Shown piece by piece: positions 47,869-55,254 of a stretch of DNA of 64,000 bases (positions within the stretch are counted from its first letter, which is position 1; each line of letters begins with the position of its first letter). Below the pieces are notes generated by a model. The model did not search any database and had not been told where the DNA came from. It saw only the letters and a program-made list of their open reading frames with translations. The stretch comes from Rhodothermales bacterium (GTDB lineage: Bacteria > Bacteroidota > Rhodothermia > Rhodothermales > Bin80). The stretch covers positions 8,276-72,275 of the forward strand of contig CBDBLZ010000005.1 of assembly GCA_965207385.1 (NCBI GenBank), written 5' to 3'. Position numbers and translations under genes: made by a program.

Positions 47869-48369
47869 ATGAATGCGTATGTGCTGGTTCTGAATCAGGA
47901 CTTCAGTGCCCTTACCGTCTGCAGTGTGCAAAGGGCGGTTGTGCTTGTGCATCTGCACAAGGCGGACGTGGTAGCCTCGTTGCCCAGCCGTCGCATGCGT
48001 TCCACCAGTGTTTCTCTGCCGTGGCCGAGCATAGTCCGGCTCCGCTATTACGTCCGCGTGCCTTATCGGGGCATCATGCTTTCACGAAAGAATATCCTGC
48101 GACGAGACGCACACTGTTGCCAATACTGCGGCACGCGGGAGCGGTTGACCGTGGATCATGTTCTGCCGAAATCGCGCGGAGGAAAGCATGCCTGGAAGAA
48201 TCTCGTGGCAGCCTGCATCCGGTGCAACAACAAGAAGGGCAATCGTACTCCGGATGAGGCTGGCATGGCGCTTTCGCGTTCCCCCTTTCGGCCAAGCCAC
48301 GTCATGTTTATCCGGGACTATGTCGGCACCCTGGAGGATACGTGGAAGCCATACCTGTTCATGAACTGA
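47869..48369 (+). CDS. HNH endonuclease
   Basis: CQYCGTRERLTVDHVLPKSRGGKHAWKNLVAACIRCNNKKGNRTP (HNH with two CxxC pairs). Internal ATG at 47869. Confidence 0.85.
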   Translation: MNAYVLVLNQDFSALTVCSVQRAVVLVHLHKADVVASLPSRRMRSTSVSLPWPSIVRLRYYVRVPYRGIMLSRKNILRRDAHCCQYCGTRERLTVDHVLPKSRGGKHAWKNLVAACIRCNNKKGNRTPDEAGMALSRSPFRPSHVMFIRDYVGTLEDTWKPYLFMN

Positions 48370-48376
48370 CGCGGGT

Positions 48377-48826
48377 ATGTCAGGCCGTGTTATTCGCCTG
48401 TCTTGGCTGATTCCCGTGGTGCTGGCCGGACTGGCTGCAAACCAGGCCAAGGTAGCCTGGGATCTGAACAGCACCTGGCGAAACGGAGTGAGCGCAAGGG
48501 CGCAGCTGGTGGCCTACGAGCGCTCGAATCGGGCCGATGTCACCTACGGTTACGTCGGCCTCGTGGTACCGCTAGCCGATGGCGCGCGGCTGGAAGAGGA
48601 GAAGTTGTCCCTGCCGCACAGTCTGCTTCCGCGTCTCGAAGGCGTCGACTCCGTGGATGTGAAGGTTCGGCCGGGAGCTGCCCAGGAGGTGGTCATTGCC
48701 TCCATCATGCCGGCCCATTTCTGGATTGCGCTTTCAAACGCGGGCATGAGCCTGGCCGGCATCTTGCTGTTTCTCGGCGTAGCGTTTGTGCTGGCAAGAA
48801 GACGCCAGGACCGGATCGCTGACTGA
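48377..48826 (+). CDS. Two-TM membrane protein, unknown function (DUF3592-like topology)
   Basis: N-terminal and C-terminal TM helices flank a region of about 90 aa. It starts 7 nt after the HNH gene stop. No motif recognised. Confidence 0.4.
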   Translation: MSGRVIRLSWLIPVVLAGLAANQAKVAWDLNSTWRNGVSARAQLVAYERSNRADVTYGYVGLVVPLADGARLEEEKLSLPHSLLPRLEGVDSVDVKVRPGAAQEVVIASIMPAHFWIALSNAGMSLAGILLFLGVAFVLARRRQDRIAD

Positions 48827-48841
48827 CACGTTCCGCAGATA

Positions 48842-49879
48842 CTACCGTATGACGGGACCCGTCGGCTCGCGCGGCTCGTCCGGATACAGGCTGCCTACCC
48901 ATTTATCGTAGCCATTGAACAGCTGTGTAGGCAGGCGCTCTTCTACGCCTTCCCTCGGCAGAAACCGTTCCGTAGCCTGGCTCCAGCGCGGATGGGGCAC
49001 ATTGGGATTGACATTCGACAGAAAGCCGTATTCGTTGGGTTGCAGCTCATTCCAGAAGGTCTTGGGCTGCCGCCTGACGAATTCCATTCGTACAATGGCC
49101 TTGGGTCCCTTGTAGCCGTACTTCCACGGAAGCACAAGTCTGAGAGGTGAGCCGTTTTGCTTGGGCAGGGGCTCGCCATACATACCCGTGGCCACAAAGG
49201 CCAGCTCGTTCATGGCCTCCTCCATACGCAGGCCTTCGAAATAGGGCCAGGGATACCATGGTGAAGTGGCCTGGCCCGGGAGTTGGTTTTTCCTTTCCAC
49301 GCAAACGAAGCGAACATGCGTGGCCTCACTCCGGGGCTTGCAGCGCTCTATCAGCTTTGCGAGCGGGAATCCGGTCCAGGGTACTGTGAGTGACCAGGCT
49401 TCCACGCACCGGAACCTGTAGAGCCGCTCTTCGAGGCCTATGGATCGGATCAGGTCCGGCACGTCAAGCTCCAGTCGCCGGTCCTCGACCAGGCCGCGTA
49501 CCTGAATCGACCACGGAAAGGGCTCGTAGGCCTCTGTCAGCGGCCAGACCCGCTTCAGGTCACCCTGGTTTATGAACTCATAAAAATTGTTGTAGGAGGA
49601 CGCAATTAGCCGATCGCTTACCGGACGCTCGGGTACCGTATAGGCATCGGAGCGCGGCGCGGGAAGCCCGTCACGCGGCGCATTCGCGGGTATCGTGTCC
49701 AGAGGACCGTCGGGGCCACCGTGTGCACCGGAGCTGCGGCAGCCGAGCAGCGACGCGGCAAGTCCAATGCTACCAAGTCCCAGGGACTTGACAAATGCTC
49801 GCCGATTCTTGTATGCGCCCTGGCTTGAAGCATGGCATTCGCGAAGTTGCCAGGCTGCGGGAATGATTATATTGGCCAT
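48842..49879 (-). CDS. msrP: Protein-methionine-sulfoxide reductase catalytic subunit MsrP (YedY, molybdopterin)
   Basis: Tat motif NRRAFVKSLGLGS; SSYNNFYEF, RFRCVEAWSLTVPWTGFPL, NGSPLRLVLPWKYGYKGPKAIV, HPRWSQATERF; co-linear with E. coli MsrP. Confidence 0.9.
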   Translation of the reverse strand: MANIIIPAAWQLRECHASSQGAYKNRRAFVKSLGLGSIGLAASLLGCRSSGAHGGPDGPLDTIPANAPRDGLPAPRSDAYTVPERPVSDRLIASSYNNFYEFINQGDLKRVWPLTEAYEPFPWSIQVRGLVEDRRLELDVPDLIRSIGLEERLYRFRCVEAWSLTVPWTGFPLAKLIERCKPRSEATHVRFVCVERKNQLPGQATSPWYPWPYFEGLRMEEAMNELAFVATGMYGEPLPKQNGSPLRLVLPWKYGYKGPKAIVRMEFVRRQPKTFWNELQPNEYGFLSNVNPNVPHPRWSQATERFLPREGVEERLPTQLFNGYDKWVGSLYPDEPREPTGPVIR

Positions 49880-49956
49880 CGTAAGTTGCTATAGCGGCGG
49901 ATAATTATTGTACGGACTCTGGCCACGATTCGTTCACTGCGCCCGGGTTCAGAAAG

Positions 49957-50733
49957 ATGTCGTGCGAATCGAATCGGGTGGCCTTTCCCGCCGAGGATGC
50001 CATGATCGACACAAGTGCATTTGACTTTGACGCCGACTACGGGCGCGACTATGACGAGCTGGTGGTACGGGTCATACCCGGCTATTCGCAACTCTTCCAG
50101 GCGACGCTGGCCGTGCTGCGGAGTGTGCTGGGGCGCAAAGCCGAACTCCTGGTGGTAGGGTGCGGCACGGGCAGGGAAATCGAGACATTTGCTCCACCTG
50201 AGCCGGGATGGACCGTAACAGGTGTGGACCCCAGCATCCGGATGATCGAAGCCTCCGCATCGCTTGTAAAGTCCCTGGACCTCGAGAGCCGCGCGAGACT
50301 CGTGCACGGCACTGTAGATGACCTGGCAGCACGGCCCGCCTACGACGCCGCAACCATTATCAATGTGATGCACTTCCTGCCGGACGATGGCGCCAAGGAG
50401 AACCTGATTCGCAGTGTGGCTTCCCGCCTAAAGGAAGGAGGCTACCTGGTACTGTTCGATCTTCATGGTGAACAAGGCGCGTTGCGCTTTGAGCTTCTCT
50501 GCGGTGCGTGGAGGGATTTCGTTCGGCAGCGCGGAGTAACCGGCGCGGCGCACGACAGGTTTTTCAGTCGAATCAACGCAGGCATTGCATTTGTATCTGA
50601 ATCGCGGATAGTCGAAATTTGCTCTCGTGCCCGACTGGGACTTGTTTGCCGATATTTTGCGGGGCTTTGCTACGGGGGGTGGCTCTTCCGGCTCTGTTCC
50701 GGTGATGCTGCCGATCTCGGTGTGGACACGTAG
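49957..50733 (+). CDS. Class I SAM-dependent methyltransferase
   Basis: Motif I LLVVGCGTGREI preceded by VIPGYSQL (CmoA-like N-terminal region). The substrate is unknown. Confidence 0.7.
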   Translation: MSCESNRVAFPAEDAMIDTSAFDFDADYGRDYDELVVRVIPGYSQLFQATLAVLRSVLGRKAELLVVGCGTGREIETFAPPEPGWTVTGVDPSIRMIEASASLVKSLDLESRARLVHGTVDDLAARPAYDAATIINVMHFLPDDGAKENLIRSVASRLKEGGYLVLFDLHGEQGALRFELLCGAWRDFVRQRGVTGAAHDRFFSRINAGIAFVSESRIVEICSRARLGLVCRYFAGLCYGGWLFRLCSGDAADLGVDT

Positions 50734-50816
50734 CAGCGCGTGTCACTGGCTGGATTGCCGCCTGCCGGATTCGCACGCACCGGCCTGGCTGATTCATCCG
50801 GGAGGTCGCTTCTCGT

Positions 50817-50857
50817 GCAACCAGTTGCTTTGTTTTGACAACGGACGGCAAAGCAAC
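50817..50857. repeat. Inverted repeats upstream of the divergent motor operon
   Basis: GCAAC-CA-GTTGC (50817-50828). The longer GTTGCTTTG (50824-50832) pairs perfectly with CAAAGCAAC (50849-50857) across a 16-nt spacer that contains TTGACA. The element ends 55 nt before the ATG at 50912. Confidence 0.5.
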
Positions 50858-50911
50858 GGCAGAGCGGGAACACTTCCTGAGAAACTACATTAACTAGAAT
50901 GCACTTTCGCT

Positions 50912-51658
50912 ATGGAATTTAGCAAAATGCGTACTTCGGGAGCGGGATGTCGAGGACTGCTCAAGGGTACGGTATGGGGTTGTTCGACATTCGCGGTACT
51001 TGCCTTGCTACTGCCGGTTGCGGCACTGGCCCAGACTGCCACAGTATCGCAGCGGGTATTGCCGGTGGCGGAGCTGAAGGACCTGGACTTTATTCGCCAA
51101 TTCCTGGAAGACCAGTTGATCAACCCACGGTACCCCGACTTCGCATCGGCAGCATTTCTGGACGTAACGCGTGATGGGTTTGGCACGAACGATCTTCTCA
51201 TCCTGTATCCGAGCCAGGAGCATTTCCTGTTGAGCGGGTATTTGCCTGAGCGGATGACCGACGTCCTTAGCGCTCAGAATCTGGCAACAGACTACAATCT
51301 CACAACTGTGAGAGACCTCAGCAGGGTAATTGCCGATGAGGCCGAGGATGAAGAGGATCCCAAGAAAGCGTTGGCGGGGGCCGTGCTTCGCTCTCTGCTC
51401 GTATATTACCCGGCAGGCAATTTTCAAGGCTATATCGACCAAGTAGGAGAAGCCGTGCGGATCAGTTTCTGGGGCTACGAAGACGCTCTGTGGCAATTCG
51501 AACCCGAGGCAACCCGGTGTATTCAGCCGGACGAAGATCCGCTTATACTTGTTGTTCACAAACAGCCGCAGATTCAGTCGTTCCTGGACGTGGATGGTTG
51601 CGTGGTTATACAGGCATCCACTACGGGCGCCGAGGTTTCATCCCGTGTTTGCGAGTGA
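50912..51658 (+). CDS. Secreted/periplasmic protein, unknown function (gene 1 of divergent motor operon)
   Basis: Signal peptide ...STFAVLALLLPVAALAQTA; the mature part has no recognisable motif; three Cys near the C-terminus. The next gene starts 6 nt after the stop. Confidence 0.55.
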   Translation: MEFSKMRTSGAGCRGLLKGTVWGCSTFAVLALLLPVAALAQTATVSQRVLPVAELKDLDFIRQFLEDQLINPRYPDFASAAFLDVTRDGFGTNDLLILYPSQEHFLLSGYLPERMTDVLSAQNLATDYNLTTVRDLSRVIADEAEDEEDPKKALAGAVLRSLLVYYPAGNFQGYIDQVGEAVRISFWGYEDALWQFEPEATRCIQPDEDPLILVVHKQPQIQSFLDVDGCVVIQASTTGAEVSSRVCE

Positions 51659-51664
51659 GGCCCC

Positions 51665-52057
51665 ATGAAGGAGGACCGGTCAGACTTGATGCTTTTCATA
51701 GACCTCGGATTCATTCTCCTTGTCGGGTTTCTTGTGCTGTCGGATACCACGCCCAAGGAGAATGTGCCTTTGCCAGCCGGGGAAGAGGAGGAGCAGCCAG
51801 AGATTCCGGAAGAGGATAGGCAGGTTTTTGAAGTGCTCTTTACCGCCGATTTGCAGTTTCTGGTATTGGCCGTTCGTGAGCAGTCGCAGGTTTGTGCACC
51901 GGTTGGACTGGATGCGTTCGTATCGTGCCTTGCTACTGTCGCGTCTTCCAACGCGATCTTCGTGTTCGCCCCTCAGGGTCTTGCCACGGTGCAGCAGCTG
52001 GTATCACTCCTTGATCTATGCCATCGCAACCAGTGGCGATGCACGGTGAACAGCTAG
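51665..52057 (+). CDS. Divergent ExbD/TolR-like protein
   Basis: Short cytoplasmic N-terminus; a single TM helix (LMLFIDLGFILLVGFLVL) with Asp at the position conserved in the canonical ExbD copies of this window (MADIAF, LPDIIF); an acidic linker; a periplasmic domain of about 70 aa ending IFVFAPQGLATVQQLVSLLDL, like the ExbD C-terminal pattern. Confidence 0.55.
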   Translation: MKEDRSDLMLFIDLGFILLVGFLVLSDTTPKENVPLPAGEEEEQPEIPEEDRQVFEVLFTADLQFLVLAVREQSQVCAPVGLDAFVSCLATVASSNAIFVFAPQGLATVQQLVSLLDLCHRNQWRCTVNS

Positions 52058-52070
52058 GCGAGGGCTGGGA

Positions 52071-53144
52071 ATGACTACGGCGTTTTCCGAGTATGAAGAC
52101 AAGGGGGGGCGGCGAACCTCCGTATCGATATTCCTTGTGCTGACGGCCTTGCTGGTTACGGCCTTCAGTGTCATCCCCCTTCCCAGCCGGGACTATGCGG
52201 AGCGGACGGTGGCGGTGATCATGATGGAGCAGATGGAATTCCAATCGCTCGCTGATGTGGTGTCGGACGATGAGGAATCGGAGGAGGATTCAGAGCCGCC
52301 TGAATCGGAAGAGATGGAGACGGTAGAAGAACAGCCAGAGGTCGTAGACCTTTCAGAGTACATGGAGGTTTTCGAGGCGTTTTCGCTCACGGAACCGGAT
52401 TTCGATGAGGCTGAGTTGCTGGAGAATTCTGCAACGGAGGCTCCCTCCGTATTGGCCCAAGGGGATCTGGACATTGAGGCGGGTGACATCTTGGGAGAAT
52501 TCACTGGTCGCGACCTTGATCTGACGTCCAATTTGGTGACGCGGGACAGCGATGTCCGAAGCACGCGGACATTGCGCTCAGGCCTGTTCACCGACAGGGT
52601 TTCGGGGCAAGGGCGCCCCGGCTTTCGGCGCAGATCGGGATCCGATGATGTCGGCGGTATCGAATTCAGGGAGCAGAGTCGGGATGGCCCGGATCTGCTT
52701 GGATCATCCAGGGAAGAGGTGCAGCCCGAACAGCGTGAAATCGATTTTACCGTCCCGACCAATGCGCTGGCTGAATGGATGAAGCTTAACCAGGGGCCGC
52801 TTGATCCCACCATTCGTGCACTGTTCCGGTATGCCGCCAATGATATCACGGCAAAGACGGTGATAACGGTGGACGGAAAGCCCTACGGGTTACAGTTGTT
52901 GCATTCGCCAGGAAGCGGGGCCACGCACATCGCCCTTCTGGACGGCAATGTCCTTTTCTACTTTATAAACTCCGGCTCGCAGGATCGAGCCAATTACTTC
53001 CAAAAGGGTAAAGTCAGGCGAGACGATCAAGCGCTCGTGAATCTCGTAGAATCGGAAGATCTCTCGCCGCGAGGCCCTGAAGCGGTGAGATTCTTCGAGA
53101 TCTTCCTTACCTGGTGGGAAGAGGAAGAGCGCAAGAGTCAGTGA
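52071..53144 (+). CDS. TonB/TolA-topology protein: N-terminal TM anchor, acidic linker, C-terminal globular domain
   Basis: TM segment VSIFLVLTALLVTAFSVI; a highly acidic stretch DDEESEEDSEPPESEEMETVEEQPEVVD; a C-terminal domain of about 130 aa with no TonB_C motif that I can recognise. Confidence 0.45.
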   Translation: MTTAFSEYEDKGGRRTSVSIFLVLTALLVTAFSVIPLPSRDYAERTVAVIMMEQMEFQSLADVVSDDEESEEDSEPPESEEMETVEEQPEVVDLSEYMEVFEAFSLTEPDFDEAELLENSATEAPSVLAQGDLDIEAGDILGEFTGRDLDLTSNLVTRDSDVRSTRTLRSGLFTDRVSGQGRPGFRRRSGSDDVGGIEFREQSRDGPDLLGSSREEVQPEQREIDFTVPTNALAEWMKLNQGPLDPTIRALFRYAANDITAKTVITVDGKPYGLQLLHSPGSGATHIALLDGNVLFYFINSGSQDRANYFQKGKVRRDDQALVNLVESEDLSPRGPEAVRFFEIFLTWWEEEERKSQ

Positions 53145-53145
53145 A

Positions 53146-53514
53146 ATGGACGAATCTCTCGTAGACATTGTGCTCATTCTTTTGGCCGCGCTAGTGGCGG
53201 TAGCCGTCATTCCCGCCTTTGACGTGGAGCCGCCCACGAGCCTGGAGATCGAGGCCAGCGAAATGCAGCTGAATCCGTTGCAAATCGCCATTTCCAATAC
53301 GGGCCAGTTCCTTTACGCGCAAACAACGGCGGACCACGCCGTAGTCAGCCTGTCTGCACAGGATCTCTACGATCTGGTAGCAGACACGCATCCTGACCGG
53401 ACGGTGGAATTCACAGCCGACAGACTGGCGCCCGCCAACATTCTGATTGAGGCGAATCGTGTGGTCCAGGAAGCAGGACGCAATGCGGTATTCCTGGTAA
53501 TTGTTGGATCATAG
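53146..53514 (+). CDS. Divergent ExbD/TolR-like protein (second copy)
   Basis: Starts 1 nt after the upstream stop. TM segment LVDIVLILLAALVAVAV with the conserved Asp. The periplasmic domain ends VEFTADRLAPANILIEANRVVQEAGRNAVFLVI, matching the ExbD pattern (aD..v.y..v..v...l..aG...v.l). Confidence 0.6.
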   Translation: MDESLVDIVLILLAALVAVAVIPAFDVEPPTSLEIEASEMQLNPLQIAISNTGQFLYAQTTADHAVVSLSAQDLYDLVADTHPDRTVEFTADRLAPANILIEANRVVQEAGRNAVFLVIVGS

Positions 53515-53530
53515 CAGCTGGGCAAATTCC

Positions 53531-55135
53531 ATGGCATGCCAGACAATAAGCGCAGAGGATTTTCCGTGGTTCCGGGTCGCGGTCGCGGGGATCTCGGTGT
53601 TCGTGCTATTCGGATGTGCGAGTAGCGAGCCGGTTGTGGTGGCTCCTCCGCCGGAGCCGACCGGGTTCGTGGAAGGACCGCTGCCTGGCGTAGACCAGAG
53701 CGTAATCGAGGACGTCACGAATACATTTGACAGTACGTTTGTCATTGCCGATGCCGAAATCCAGGCGCAGAAGGATTATCTAGAGGGTGCCCTGCTGTTC
53801 GAGCGGGTGGACAGCCTTCTGACGGGCCTGGTCGGACCTTCTGCCTTGCCGGACTCCGACGCGGATAGCGAGGCTGGCAGTTCGGCGGAATTCGACGAAG
53901 TTAGAAATGAGGCGCGCGAGGTGCTCATGCGTGCGGCGGAGGCTCAGCAGTCGGAGGACAGTCTACTTGCTTTTTCGCTTCTGGGACAGGTGCAGGGGCT
54001 GTTCGAGCGTGTCTTAACGATGAATCCGTTGCACGAGGAATCGCGATACGAGTTGGCCCAGGTGTATGGGATCCGGGCCAGGAGTTTTAGGGAAACCGGT
54101 GCCTGGGAGCAATACCTGGCGGTTTTGCGGGAACTGGTCAAGTTGCGCGCGGACGCGCACGCGCTGTGGGCGGAGATGGCTATAGCCCTGGACAGCCTGG
54201 AGCGGCCTGCCGCCTCTGCGCTAGTGTGGCGCCAGGCGGCGCAGGTTGTACTGGACGATTCGCGCCTGGCATTCGAAGCAAGCCCGCCGCCCGTGGACAG
54301 TGCATATATGTTCAACTACAACCATCAGGCCTACCGGGCCTTTGCCCTCAGCCGTGACAGCGATGGCGTCAGGCGATCCCTGGCGGATGCATGGGAATTT
54401 GCGAGGACAGCGGAAGAAAGCGAGTTCGCAGAGCGTGAATTGATATGGGCCCAGTGGGACTACCACAATTTCGAAAGCAGGCTGGCCTTTGACAGTTTGC
54501 GAGCGGCGGCCCAGCACGATCCGCTCGGTGCGCGCGACGGGTTGGGCGTGCTCATCGGGGCACTTGCCCGGCCCAGTGCACGCCTCGAGGCGAGCTACAA
54601 TCATGCCGTGCTGTCGTATGACAACGGCTTCGAGGATCCTGCCCTGGATACGCTACAGGCCCTTTGGCATGCCGTTACGGCCCTGGAAGAGCCGGGCGAT
54701 GCCAGGGCAGTGCCAGGACGGCAGCGCAGCTTTGCAACAGCGGCTGACAGTCTGGCGTTGGACCCGTTGCCATACGCAGAATTTCGTGAGGACCTGCGTG
54801 CGGCATATGCCACGTTTCTTCTTGAAAGGGCGTATGCCCATATTCAGTCAGGGGCCTCGGCCCTTGCGGTTACCTACCTGCTTCAGGTAGCAGAGACCGG
54901 CAGCGAGTATACAGGCAGGGCCTACGTGGAGGCGCTGAGGTTGTCTCGGTACAATCCCGAGCAGGCGCTGAAGCTTGAACCACGCATTGAAGCGATCTTT
55001 TCCGGACTGGAGACCCAGGATCAACTCGATTACCTGATGCAAATGGGAAATTTATACCGCAGACTCGGGCTAAACGACAAAGTAGCTTCGTTCCTGGAGC
55101 GCTACAGGGCGCTGCGGAACTCCGTACCGGACTAG
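53531..55135 (+). CDS. All-helical (TPR-like) lipoprotein
   Basis: The ATG at 53531 gives the signal plus lipobox VFVLFGCASS. The remainder is helical repeat-like sequence rich in A/L/E/R/Y. No enzymatic motif seen. Confidence 0.5.
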   Translation: MACQTISAEDFPWFRVAVAGISVFVLFGCASSEPVVVAPPPEPTGFVEGPLPGVDQSVIEDVTNTFDSTFVIADAEIQAQKDYLEGALLFERVDSLLTGLVGPSALPDSDADSEAGSSAEFDEVRNEAREVLMRAAEAQQSEDSLLAFSLLGQVQGLFERVLTMNPLHEESRYELAQVYGIRARSFRETGAWEQYLAVLRELVKLRADAHALWAEMAIALDSLERPAASALVWRQAAQVVLDDSRLAFEASPPPVDSAYMFNYNHQAYRAFALSRDSDGVRRSLADAWEFARTAEESEFAERELIWAQWDYHNFESRLAFDSLRAAAQHDPLGARDGLGVLIGALARPSARLEASYNHAVLSYDNGFEDPALDTLQALWHAVTALEEPGDARAVPGRQRSFATAADSLALDPLPYAEFREDLRAAYATFLLERAYAHIQSGASALAVTYLLQVAETGSEYTGRAYVEALRLSRYNPEQALKLEPRIEAIFSGLETQDQLDYLMQMGNLYRRLGLNDKVASFLERYRALRNSVPD

Positions 55136-55254
55136 CTTGCGGGGAATGAAACAAGGGCGGCGGCAGCGTGCAACCGGCAATATTGCCGCCAAAGAGTGGC
55201 AATACCGTTGACAAGCATGTATTCTTAGCTACCAGAGAATTGGAGCGAAGCTAG

